Source: Phaeosaccion multiseriatum (Eukaryota; Protista; Ochrophyta, other classes). From it: DNA of 64,000 nt. Where the stretch lies: positions 3,100,001-3,164,000 of the forward strand of contig OZ218962.1 of the NCBI GenBank assembly GCA_965112735.1, in the 5' to 3' direction. Of this stretch, positions 26,200-38,474 are shown in pieces. Numbering within the stretch: position 1 is the stretch's first letter; every line of letters starts with the position of its first letter. Made by a program: the position numbers and the translations under genes. The notes under the pieces were generated by a model. That model made no database searches, was not told the DNA's origin, and saw only the letters and a program-made list of their open reading frames with translations.

Positions 26200-29100
26200 A
26201 ACCCCTCTGTGCAGTCTGAATGAAGTGAAGCCCCCACTGCCTAGTGTCAAGCAGCGCGTGCTGCTCATGCTCGTGCTGGGGGCCTCTCCTTCTCCTTCTC
26301 CTGCTTGCTGCTCCTTGCTTGCTGCGTGGTGCTCGTGCCTCTCTCTGGCGCCACTCAGTCCAAGAGGACCCCTCCTGACCTGTGGACCTTTCGGCCCCCC
26401 GCGGGGCTTCTCGGGCTCCGGGCTTCTAGGCCATAGCCCCCTCCAGGCTTCGGGCTTCTGGCCGCAGGCCAGATGTCTGGGCTTCGGGCTTCTCAGGCTG
26501 GGAAAAAAAATGGGAGACTTGGGCTTCTCGCTACTTTACTGCAGGCTTCTGGCCGCAGGCCAGCCCCGGGCTTCTTGCTTTCGGCCGCAGGCCGCCTCAG
26601 GCTTCTGCTTATCGGGCGGGGGCCCGAGAAGCCCCGCGGGGGGGCGAGGCCTTCCATCTGCCCTCCATCTGCCTTCCATCTGCCCTCCTCTGCCCTCCTC
26701 TACCCTCCTCTGCCCTGTCGTCTGTGGTTCCGTGCCACTTGATCGAAGAGCAACCAACTCATCTCCCTCCCTCTCAGTCGAAGAGCAGCTCATCTCGGTT
26801 CAGCTCCTTCATGAGCCTCGTCAGCTTGGGACTCAGGGGGCCCTGGGGGGGCGCGAACATGCCGTCTGGGGGAGTTACAGAACGTTACAAAGGGGTACGT
26901 ACGTTAGTTAGGGGGACACTCACACCTTACAGCTCCTCTACCTGTCCTTTCCTTCCCAATTCACCTGCGATTCGTCCGACGCACTCTAGAAAGTCGGGAA
27001 ACAGCACCCCTCGATCCTCCTCCTTCTCCTCCTCCTCCTTCTCCTCCTTCTCCTCCTCGTTGTCCCCCCCTGAAGCCTCGCTCTTGCCCTTGCTCTTGCT
27101 CTTGCCCTTGGCCTTGCCCTGCGTCGGATCTTGGCCTGTGCCCCTGTCTCGTCTGTCTCTCCCTCTCGAGGCGTTGGCGGAGAGCAGGAAGAGACGAAGC
27201 ACCACAGAAGAGTCCGTCCAGAAGGACCGGAGAACCTGCCAAATGTCAAGTGTCAAGCACACGGGAAGCATACGGGCACGGGGGCGTATCACGGGATACA
27301 GGCAGGCATCAGATGAAAAGGTGTCGTACTTCGATACGATTGCCGTCGGAGAGGAGGAGGGGGACAGTGAAGCAGGGAAGGCAGGGAAGGCAAAAGCATT
27401 TGAGTGGAGTTGAAGAGCGTTGGCCCAGCTGCGTGGAACATTCTACGTGGAACTTCTCCGTGGAATGTTCTCTCCTCTCCGTCAGTCACTACAATACGTA
27501 ACACGTGTGTGCGAGTCCCCGCCCTGCAGCGTGTGGTGGTGTGACCCTTATGTGACCCTTATGTGAGCCTTATGTGAGCCTTATGTGACCCTTACGTGCC
27601 CTCCCTGTGCACACCCTCTGTGCCTATCCTACCTCACCTCAAAGTCCTGTATGAATTGCTTAAAGCCCTCAACACGCATCAGCGGCTGAGGCTCCTCGCA
27701 AGTCCCCGAAACTGAAACTGAAACTGCTGCTGCCGAGGCCGGAATGGGGCAGTAGCACTCAAACAGGCCCCGAAATTGATCACCGTGTCTATTTCGGGAG
27801 GGGAAGAGGGGCAGAGGGAGGGGAGAGAGGGGAGGGGGAGGCATGCATGAAGAGGCCACAGAAACAAGAGAGGGAAGGAGGGGGGGAGGGGGAGGGGGAG
27901 GGGGAGGGAGGGAGGGAGGGAGGGAGGGAGGGAGGGAGGGAGGGAGGGAGGGAGGGAGGGAGGGAGGGAGGGAGGGAGGGAGGGGAGGGGAGGGAGAGGA
28001 AGACGCAGGGAAGGACAAGATAGCCGAGCAAACCCTGCCGAGCCTTTTGAGGCCCTGCCTTTTGAGGCCCTGCCTTGTGAGGGCATGTGATAAGAGCCTC
28101 CCTCCCTCCCTCACCTCTGCATGAGGGCGAGGACGTCGGGGTGCAGAAGCTTCTGGAACAAGGCCGTTGAGTTGCCGAGGGCCGCGACTGCCGGGGTGGG
28201 GGGGGGGTGTGCATACACAAGGTGAGTCACAGATGGGTGATGGGTGACGGCGGCGATCGATAGGACGCTTTGCCGTAGTCCGTCCTATGACCCATCCACT
28301 GCCATCCGTAAGGCATGCAAACTTTTCTTGCTCTTTGAAGGACCAACACGCACACGCACACACAGTTTACGTACCACAGTCCGCCCCCTGGGCCTCACCA
28401 CCGGGCCCATATGCTCCTGCTTGCCCCCCTCGGGTCTGCCCCCCCCGGGTCCTTGAGCCCCTCATGAGGCACGCCAGGCTGCGCACCACGATTTCGAGGC
28501 GTACGGGCAGGGACAGGGGCAGAGGCGTCTCGGCAGTTCCAGTGGCGGTTTCATGGCCAGTGCTAGTTTCATTGCCATTGGCATGGGCATTGCGAGGGTC
28601 AAGGGCGGCAGCGGCGGCAGCAGCGGCGGTGGCAGCAGCCGCAGAGGCTTCCAGCGCGGCATTATTGCCCTTGCCGTTGCTTGGGTCAAGGGCCGCAGGA
28701 GCAGCTTCAGCTTTAGTTGACGGCTCTACTGGGGCTGTATCACCAACTGCTGATGCCGCTGCCCCTACTGCCGCTGCCCCGTCCTCTGTGGGGCGGAAGA
28801 AGCCTCGCAGCGTCGCCTCTTTGTCCTTCCACGAGCAAGGGCCTGAAACCAAACCATCTCCTGTGCTTGCTGCCCCTCTTGCTGCTGCTCTCCCTGCTGC
28901 TGCCGCTGCCGCCGCTTCTGCTGCTGCTGCTGTGGCCATGGCGGCGGCTTTGGCCCCCGCCTTGGCCGCCTTGGCCGCTCTGCTCTGGGCCTTGACAGCC
29001 TTTGCCGCCGTGATTGCCTTCCACTCCCCGTGCAGCGCCTCGATGGCACTCAACGGCAGGGCAGAGGAGATGGCAGTCAACGCCGCCTCGAACTGCGGGG

Positions 29101-32100
29101 GCGTGAGCGACAGCTCTGCAAGCGAACACGCCGACGCGGAGCCCTGCCCGTCCTTGCCGCTGCCCACGGGCCTGAGGAGAGTGAGCAGGGCAGGACCGTC
29201 CAGCACGGCTGGAAACACGGCCGCTGCAGGGATGGCAGTGGAGCGGGGGGGGGGGGGGAGGAGGTTTGAGTTTCACATTTCTGGAGCTGGATAATCAGGA
29301 CAGACAGAGGCGCTTGCCTCTTCAAAGGGCATCTCACTCCATACACTTCCCCCCACCCCTCCCTCTCCCTTCCCCCCCCATCCACTGCCATCCCGTCTCG
29401 CCCCTCACCTTCCTCCAGCAGCCTCTGTACCGCGCTCCCTGACACGTGCACGGCAGCCCCCATCACGACCGCCCATCCGCTGCCATCGGCTTCCAGGCCG
29501 AGGCCGCTCCAATCTCCACCCTCCCCCTCCTCCTTTGCCTCTTTCCCCTCCGCACCGCTCGTGGCGATGGCCCAGCGCAGGAGCAGCGCTAGTTCGGAGG
29601 AGAGAGACACACACGTGCTCAGCACATCCTCCGCCAGGAGAGGGTCCAGCGCTCGCAGCCTGGCCAGGGGGGGCGGGTGGAGCAGTTGGTGGTCCGGCAG
29701 CAGAGCCGTCGCCAGGCAGTGAGTCACGCCCTTGGCCAAGGCCACCTCCTCTGCGGAGTAGGGACAGGCACCAGCACCGTCAGCACCAGCAGTTGGTGAT
29801 ACAGCAGCAACCTCCTGTCCCACTGTGACTGAGGGAGGCACCCCGGTAACGTTGAGACGGATTTTGCCTGCGAGCTCGAGTAGCAAGGGGACGAACTCTG
29901 CGAAGCTCACCCCCACACACACCGAGCCCACTCTGTCCAGCACAAAGCCGAGGCCACTGGACACGGCACGGGAGGCAGCCTGATGGGGGGGGACAGGGGA
30001 GGGAGGGAGGGGGGTGAGAAGAGAGGAGAGAGGAGAGAGGAAAGTAGCACTCAAACTGGCCCTCCCCTCAAACTGGCACCCCAACTATAGCACTGCACTC
30101 ACGCGGTGGAAGGCCAAGCCCACGTCGGCGAGGCGCAGCCCTGTTGCCAGAGCGCTGTGAGCATCGGCCAGGAGGGAGAAGAAGGCCGCTCGCACCAGGC
30201 GAGGAGTGGCGCTCACACCACTCGCGCTGGCCCCGCCCCCCGGTGGGACGGTGCTGTAGAGGCTAAAGGCGGTCTTGAGGATGGCAAGATCGTGCCCGTT
30301 GAGACCGAACCTCCCGCTGTCGCACAGCTCCGACTGCTCCGAAGAGGATAGAGCCTCAAGCTCCACCTCTTGCTCCTCCTCATCGTCTTCCTCCTCCTCA
30401 CCCTCCTCCTCCTCCTCCTGCTGCTGCTGCTGCTGCTCGTCCTTCCCGTCCTCCTCCTCGACCTTCTGCTGCTGTACCACCAACTGCTGTACCACGAGCT
30501 GGTGCTGCTGCTGCTCTGCCAAGCCCATGTCGCTGCTGGCGATTGCTCCTCCGGGGAAGCTGATGGTGGCACCCCCGGGGAAGGCTGCGGTGGCCGGCCG
30601 AGCCACAGTGGCACCAGCACCCCCACCACCCGCGGCGGGCGAAGAGAAGAAGCCGGATGGACTCAACGAAGAGTCCAAGGGAGGGCCCATACCCATACCG
30701 GTACCAAGGCCCGTGCCCAATCCCCCGGCGCAACTGCTGCGGCTGCTGCGGCTGCCGAGGGTGTTGTACTCCACCCGATCGTCGCCATCTGCCCCCCCTC
30801 CTTCCCTACCCTCTCCAGAGGCCGAGGCTGCCATGGAGTAGGCAGAGCTCACCCTGTCGAGCACTCTCTCGTCTCTGTCGGAGGAGCGGGGGTGGCCTTT
30901 ACCCAAGCAGTGCTCGTCGCGCCCCCCTGGGTCCACCCCCCCGGGGTCCGCCGCCGCCGCTGCCGCCACCCTGGCTGCGTGCCCCATCCGGACTGCATGC
31001 GTCAAGGCCTGCTGCTGCATCGTGCCCCGACTTGCCCCCGACTCTGACCGTGAGCCTGGGCCTGAGCCTGACCATCTGTGATCCCCTCCCGTCTGCCCCG
31101 ATGGCACCAAATGGTTGTGGCCCTCGTTCGATGGCACTACATGGCGGGTGCGTCGGAGGCCCTCGTTGAGCGTGACCTGCATGGCCATCCCCATGCTACA
31201 GCCCAGCCATTGGCTGCCATCCCCTGAAGACGCCCCCGTCCGGTCGCTGCCGCACACAGACAGCGCCGCACCTCCGTCCCATGCACTGCCATCCTCGTCG
31301 CCCTCTTCCTCCTCCTCACCCTCCTCCTCCTCCTCCTCCTCCTCCTCTTTCTCCTTCGCCTCCTCTGCAGATGTCGCAGCCACCGCAGCAGTCTCCGAGT
31401 CGGCCTTCATCGCCGCCAATAGCTGCTGCGGCTCCTGTATCACCAACTGCTGCGGCTGTACCACCAGCTGCTGGATGTGAGGCTGCTGTATCACCAACTG
31501 CCGCATGCGCGCTTCAACGGAGGCCTGCGCCTCCCTCACTGACGCCTGCACAGAGGCCTCGATGAGCTTATCCCTCTCGACCCTGCCACAAGCAACGCCG
31601 CCGCCCATGCCGCCCAACAGCAGGATGCTCGATACGGCCTTCTCCCTCTCCGTCTGCTGCCATCCCTCGCTGCTGCTGGGCAAGCTCTGCCACACCCCAT
31701 CTCCATCTGAGCCTTCTCCTCCTCCTCCTCCTCCTTCTCCTCCTCCTGCTCCTCCTCCTCCTCCTCCTGCTCCTCCTTCTCCTCCTCCTCCTCCTCCTCC
31801 TCCTCCTCCTCCTCCTCCTCCTCCTCCTCCTCCTCCTCCTCCTCCTCCTGTCCCTCCTCCTCCTGTCCCTCCTCCTCCTCCTCCTTCCTCCTGCTGACTA
31901 TTGCGGCTGCCGCTGCTCTCCCCCCCGCCCCTGCTAGCGAGGAACTGCACCAGGTCAAGATAGTACGCCCCCTCGTCCCCCCCTCCCCCCCCTCCCTCCT
32001 CTGCCTCTGACCGAATGACATCCCCCACCTTGCCCTTGGCGGCAGCATTGACATTGACTGCCATCGCCTCACTCGACACGTGCGGGCCCTGCTCCTGCTC

Positions 32101-32825
32101 CTGCTCCTGCTCCTTCGACGGCCGTATCAGCACCTCGTCCGCCCTGTCCACACCGCGACCGCTGCTACCCACATCCCCGTCCGGTGCCATCGCCTTCTCC
32201 TTGGTGTTGAGGCCGATACTGCTAAACGTGCGCATAGAGTGCCTTCCGATCCTCTTGAGCAGCCGCGCCGCCTGCTCCTCCGCGCTGCTTGGAGCCTGGG
32301 AATCATCGATGGGGCCCTCCACGTCCTCGACAAGGTTGACATGGTGATCGATATCATCGACATTATCAATGTCGATATCGTCATGAGCCTCAAGACCGAG
32401 GTCAAGGTCGGGGCCGGCGTTGAGCCTTCCCCTGTTTCTCGGCGCAACTGCTACCCCTTTAGGAGCCCTTTTCGGCGCCCCCCTTGGGATGATTCCCCCG
32501 CGGGTTGCGCTCTCGCTCTCTCTCCTCGCCCTGACGGCCGCCGGAGAGACGGAGGACACGAGAGCCAAAACCTCTTGCCGCAGGGCCTCTCGTCGTCGGA
32601 GAGACGCCACCTCTTGCCCTCCCGCCTCTTGCCGCTGAGAGGGGCTATCGCGTCCCTCCCCTCCCTCCCTTCCCTCCCTTCCCTCCCTTCCCTTCCCTCC
32701 CTTCCCTCCTTCCATCGGCTCTGATGCCTCGAGGAGGTCGAGTGCGTCGGGGGCGGCGTGGGGGTGCGCATGCGCGTGTGTCTGAGCCCCCCCTCGACTC
32801 GGAGACCCTCCTGCTGCTCCTGCTA

Positions 32826-32862
<37 letters not shown>

Positions 32863-35800
32863 ATCACCAACTGCCGTTCCTGGTTGCCCCCTCCCGTCCG
32901 CTGCCATCCGCCCGAAGCCCTCCTCTTCCGAGCAGCCCCCTTCCCCTGCCTGCCCATACGCCTCTAAGTGTACGCCCTCCGCCTCCCTCCGCTGCGCGAA
33001 TGTCTGCAGCTTCAGCAGGACCGCCTCCACATCCCTTCCCTCCCTACTGGGGTCACCGCTCGGCCCCCAACCTTGCTGCTGCTGTACCGCTGACTGCTGC
33101 TGCTGCTGCTGTACCACCAACTGCTGTACCGCCAACTGCTGCTGCTCCTGCTGCTTCTGTATCACCACCTGCTGTGCGATGAGGAGAGCCGTCGCAAACG
33201 CCTCCTCGTCCATCATCCCCTCCTCCCCCCCCTCTCCCTCCTTCCGCTGTATCACCAACTGCTGCTGCTGCTGTTGTGTCTTTCGGCGGTGCAGAGAGAG
33301 CGTCTCCGAGAAGAGGGTTTCCGCATCCGGCACTGTGAAGCCCCCCGAGGGGGACGTATCCAGGCCCGCCGGAGGAGAGGGGCTGAGCAGCGCCGCGTCT
33401 GCACACGCACGCACAAAGGCACGCTTCGACACGCCCCTCCTCTCGCTCTCACAGATGGCGGAGGAGTACAACGCGAACACCGCACTGGCGTCCACCTTAG
33501 CGCTGCCAGTCTCAGGTTCAGTTTGAGTTTGAGATTGAGATTGAGACGGAGTTTCAGTGCCCGGTTCAGACTGTCTCCACGCGGGGGCAGCTCCAGAGGA
33601 GGAGGTGGTGGTGGTGGTGGAAGACGATGATGATGATGAGGAGGAGGAGGAGGAGGAGGAAGAGGCAGCAGATGCTACTTCACCCTTCGCTACTTCGCCC
33701 TCCGAATGCCCCGCCGCGGAAGCCCGACGACTGTGCACATGGACTGCCATCTTCGTGGCCGCGCCCGAAGCGGACGACGACGACGAGGAGGAGGAGGAGG
33801 AGGAGGAGGAGGGAAGGAGGGAGGGGGAGGATGAGGAGGAGGAGGAGCAGGATGGAATGGAGGAGGTGGAGGCTTTCCGGCTAGGAAGGGGGCCCTGCTG
33901 CTGCTGCTGCTGCTGCAACTGCTGCGACTGCTGCATCACCAACTGCTGTTGTTGCTGCTGTACCGCCAACGGCTGCTGCTGCTGCTGTATTACCAACTGC
34001 TGCTGCTGCTCGCGCTCCTGGAGCGGCACTGACTGAGCACTCGCCAACAGGCGCTAGAACACAAGGGGGAGGAGGGGAGTGCGAGTTTCAGTGGCAGTGT
34101 CAGTGTCAGCGTCAGCGTCAGCGTCAGTAAGTTGTCAATTCTTCCAACTCCTCTCCCCACCCCCCTTTCACCTGCTAACTCACAACCCCATCCACCCACC
34201 CACCCACCCCCTCACTTTCCCACCCCCGTCTGTCCTGCCAGCCACTCACAATGATGCTCTTCCTCCGTTGTTGTCTCTCCGAGTCCGTTCCGGTGCTGCT
34301 GCCCCAGGGGGTGCTGCTGCCCCAGGGGGTGCTGCTGCCCCAGGGGGTGCTGCTGCCCCAGGGGGATGGATCGACGTGCCCCGGGGCGCTGCTCCTCCGC
34401 CCCCCCTGGGACAGGCGGAAGAGGGGCGCAGAAGCTGAAACTGAAAGTGTCGCAGCTGCCGAGAACGGAGAGGGTTGCTCCAGGGGGGGCATTCTCTGCG
34501 TCGTGTCAGCCCCGTCAGCACCGTCAGCACCGCTCCTCGGCGGTGCGGTCTTTGTTTGTGCCTCCTCCTGGCGTTGCTGCTGCTGCTGCTGCTGCTGCAT
34601 TCCCAACTGCTGCTGTATCGCCAGCTGCTGCTGATGCTGCTGCTCTCCCTCAACCCCTCGCTTGTCCCCTTGTTCCTTCTCTTGCTGCTGTTCCACCAAC
34701 GGCTGCGCCACACAGTCGCTGCGAAACACCGCACCGTGGGGGTCCATGGCCCGAAACAGAGAGCGGACCGCGCTCGGACCAAGCCTCGCCATCTCCTTCG
34801 GAGGAAGACATGCAAAGTCCGCCAGACTTGTGTTCAGAGCCGGTCCATGGTGCTGTCCATGGTGCTGCCCATGGTGCCGCCCATGGTGCTGCCCATGGTG
34901 TTGTCCAAACTGCTGGAGAGAGTGGTGCTGCAGGTTGTTTCTTGAGCCCAAGCTCGTGACTGAGTTGGAGTGTAAGTTGGCGTGGGATGACCGCAAAGGG
35001 TTCAAAGGGTTCCACGTCACAGACGACACCGCGCTGCTGCACACAGAGGAGGCGCAGGAGGACCCCGCCACTGCCCCCGCCACAGAAACCCCTCCAGACC
35101 TCGCAGAAACCGCAGAGACGGGCCTGGAGAGGGGCTGTTTCGGGGGCGCGAGGGCGGTTTCAGTCTCAGCTGCGTGGCCCTGCCGCCACTCGCGCAGCAC
35201 GGCGCAGGCGTAGAGCGCCTCGAGGAAGTGGGAGAAGGAAAGTGGGGGGCAGGGGGATGCCCAATCAGGCCCACTTGGCCCTCCTCCGTCGCCGTTCTCG
35301 CTTCCCAGGGAGGACAGGGAGGCATCCCGACCTAGCACCTGATGGCAGGGAAGGAAGGAAGGAAGGCAGGCAGGCAGGCAGGCAGGAAGGGGGGAAGGAA
35401 GGAAGGAAGGAAGGAAGGAAGGAAGGACGGAAGGAAGGAAGGAAGGAAGGAAGGAAGGAAGGAAGGAAGGAAGGGAGGAAGGAAGGAAGGACGGAAGGAA
35501 GGAAGGAAGGAAGGAAGGAAGGAAGGAAGGAAGGAAGGAAGGAAGGAAGGAAGGAAGGAAGGAAGGAAGGAAGGAAGGAAGGAAGGAAGGAAGGAAGGAA
35601 GGAAGCAAGGAAGGAAGGAAGGAAGGAAGGAAGGAAGGCAGGCAGGAAGGCAGGCAGGAAGGCAGGAAGGCAGGAAGGAAGGAAGGGCATTTGTGTGAGC
35701 ACGAATGTGAGTGAGTGAATGCGTGCGGTGGCAGCGGAGGATGAATCGGCCAATGAAAGAATGCCGGCACTGGGTCAGTGGAGAGGAGTCGTAACGGCCG

Positions 35801-38389
35801 TCGCTCGCCTCAAGGGCACCCATCCACCCGAGAACCCCCACTCACTCCACTCAACGCAAAGATTGGGAGTCCTCCCGGGCACCCCCCCCCAATTGCACTG
35901 ACCTGTCCGCAGAGGGCCAGGGCATCTCGGGAGCGCAGCAGCGGCGAGGGCAGCAGCGAAAAGTCCGTCAACAGCTGCACGAACGCGGCCGGCTGACGCG
36001 CGGAGGGAGGGGGGGGGGGGACGAGGGGTGTAAGTAAGCCTACGTAAGCTTACGTACGTGAGGTACATGCCGAGCATAGACGAACAGGGCCTCTGCAGGA
36101 CAGACTGTGACCGATGGCAGTCAATGATGCTTGAGTCACGCATATCGCTTCGTCTGCCAAAGAGCAGACATGCATCAAACACCAACCAAGCAACCATCTT
36201 CTGCCAGGAGGGGAAGCGGCTCGCTGACTCACTAACCTGGAGGGCTTTGGGCTGCTGCTGCTGCTGCTGCTGCTGCTGTATCACCAACGGCTGTACCTCC
36301 GTCGAGTATAGAGCGAACATGTGCTCCAGGGAAATCTTGAAGGGCATTGCGTTGGGCAGGGAGGCGCAGAGAGGGGCAGCAGTTGGTGATACAGCAGCAT
36401 GGGATGTGCCTCTCACTCTCTGCCTTTCTCGCTGAGCCCCTCCCCTCCCTCTTGTTTCCCTCTCTTTCTCTCTGTCTGTCCGCCTCACTCTTCACCCTAC
36501 CCTGCCTCAGGTCTGTCTCTTGTCTTTCCCCTCTCCCCATAGTGTGAATGTAACGTGCATATACTCCTACCACACACCATACATACATACATACTCTTAC
36601 ATAACGTCTAACGTACCCTGTGTGGCCGCAGCAGATCGACAACCTCCGGCTGCAGCAGGCCCACCAGCAGGGCACACGACGGAGCCCTCCCCTGCCCATA
36701 CACCCCTGCCTGCCCAGGCGCCTGCCCCTGCCCGCCCATATGCCTGGCCTGGCTGAAGCGCACCCCCCACATTGGGAGCAAGTGGCGCTTGAACAAGGCC
36801 CGCAGCGCCCAGTCAGGCTCTCTGTGACTCTCTGCCTGCGGCTGTACCACCAACTGCCGCCCCTCCTGCAGGTCTGCCAGGGCTAGCAGCGCGCGGTGGA
36901 ATGCCTCGAGGCCGAACAGCACGGGCTGGGCGGACTGCCTGCTACCGCTGCCGCTGCTGCTACCACCGAAGCTGGCAGCACTTCCACCTCGGACAGCAAA
37001 GCTGCCACTATCTAGGGCAAGCCCCCCCTCTACACTTGAGCCACTCGTGTTGGTGGTACAGTAGGTGCCATCTGTGGCGGAGGCGTGGCGGCGGAAGGCG
37101 TCAAGCACTTCAAAGAGCTGCAAGCCGTGCGCGGGACTGGAGCTGCTGGATGACCAACTGCCATGGCTGGTGCTGAAGCTGTCCAACAGACCGGCGTCCC
37201 TGCACATCCACATGAGCTGAGGAGCGTCAAGAGCGGTGCCGAGGGTGCCGAGGGAGGCATCGCTGCGACTGCGGCCCCTCTTCTGTGCTCCCGAGGCTGC
37301 GAGAAGGTGCTGCAGTTGACCCTCCGCAAGGCGCTCCAGCAGAGCCGCAAGGGCGAGCGGCTGAGGGAGGGGAAGAGGTGGATGAGTGGGTGGGTGGATG
37401 GGTGGGTGGGTGGATGGGTGGGTGGTTGGTTGGTTGGTTGGTTGGTTGGTTGGTTGGTATGGGCGAAATGGTCACTCGCTTGGTCGGCTGACCTGAGCTG
37501 CCTCCACCGTGGGCTGACCGAAGAAGGAGAGGGCGAGCAGGCCCAGGAAGTCCAGGAACTCGCTGAAGGACAGCCTCTCGTGTACCACCAACTGCTCAGC
37601 GTGGCCGCCTTGCCCTCCCCCTCGATTCGGAAACCCTCCCCCGCTGCGAGTTTTAGGGTTCTCCTGCTGCTGCAGCGCATCCACCGCAGAAGCGTTCGTG
37701 CCTGGAGATTGGGGGGGGTGGCCGTGGATGAGTGGACGAGGGGGATGGCAGTGCATGGCAGGATGAAGCCACACTCTCTCCCTCCCTCTTACCATTGAGC
37801 TTGGCTGCGAGGAATAGCGCAGAGGCGTTCACCGCCGTGAGCACCTGTTTAACGTTTGGGGCAAAACGTAGTATGACAGTGATTGATAACACCTGTTAGC
37901 GACAGAGGTAGGGCCTTGACCGTCGAGACATTCGAGCTGCGCTGCTTGCTTACCTGCGGGCAGATGTGCAGCTCTCTGAGCAGGAGCAGCACCGCAGGCA
38001 GCCCCACCGTCCCGTTGAGCTCCTCTGCCAGCAGCCACAGACGCGCATACCCCCTACTCCAGGCTATGCCCCCTCTTCCGCTGCTGCTGCTGCCCATGTA
38101 ACTGCTGCTGCTCACGTAGCTGCTGCTGCTACCCATATGACTGCCGCTGGCCCTGCCGTAAGCAGCGTCCCCGCCGCGGAGGAGGGCGAGCACTTCTCTG
38201 TGGAGGCGCTGTAGCTGCGGAGATGCCCCGGGGGGGCTGAGGAGGGGTGGGGAGGACGAGGGGGGGCTTCAGTGAGCGGCGGTGGGAATGCATGGCAGAG
38301 AGAGGAAACACACACACACACATGCACCCACGTACACGCACACGTACATGCACACGCCCACACATGCACACACACACACACACACACTC

Positions 38390-38474
<85 letters not shown>

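Noticed and set aside
31700-31890. Poly-Pro, poly-Glu and other homopolymer ORFs from CCT, CAG, GGAA and CA tracts
   Set aside because: These are microsatellite translations. Only the frame consistent with the large minus-strand exon (poly-Gly) is plausible.
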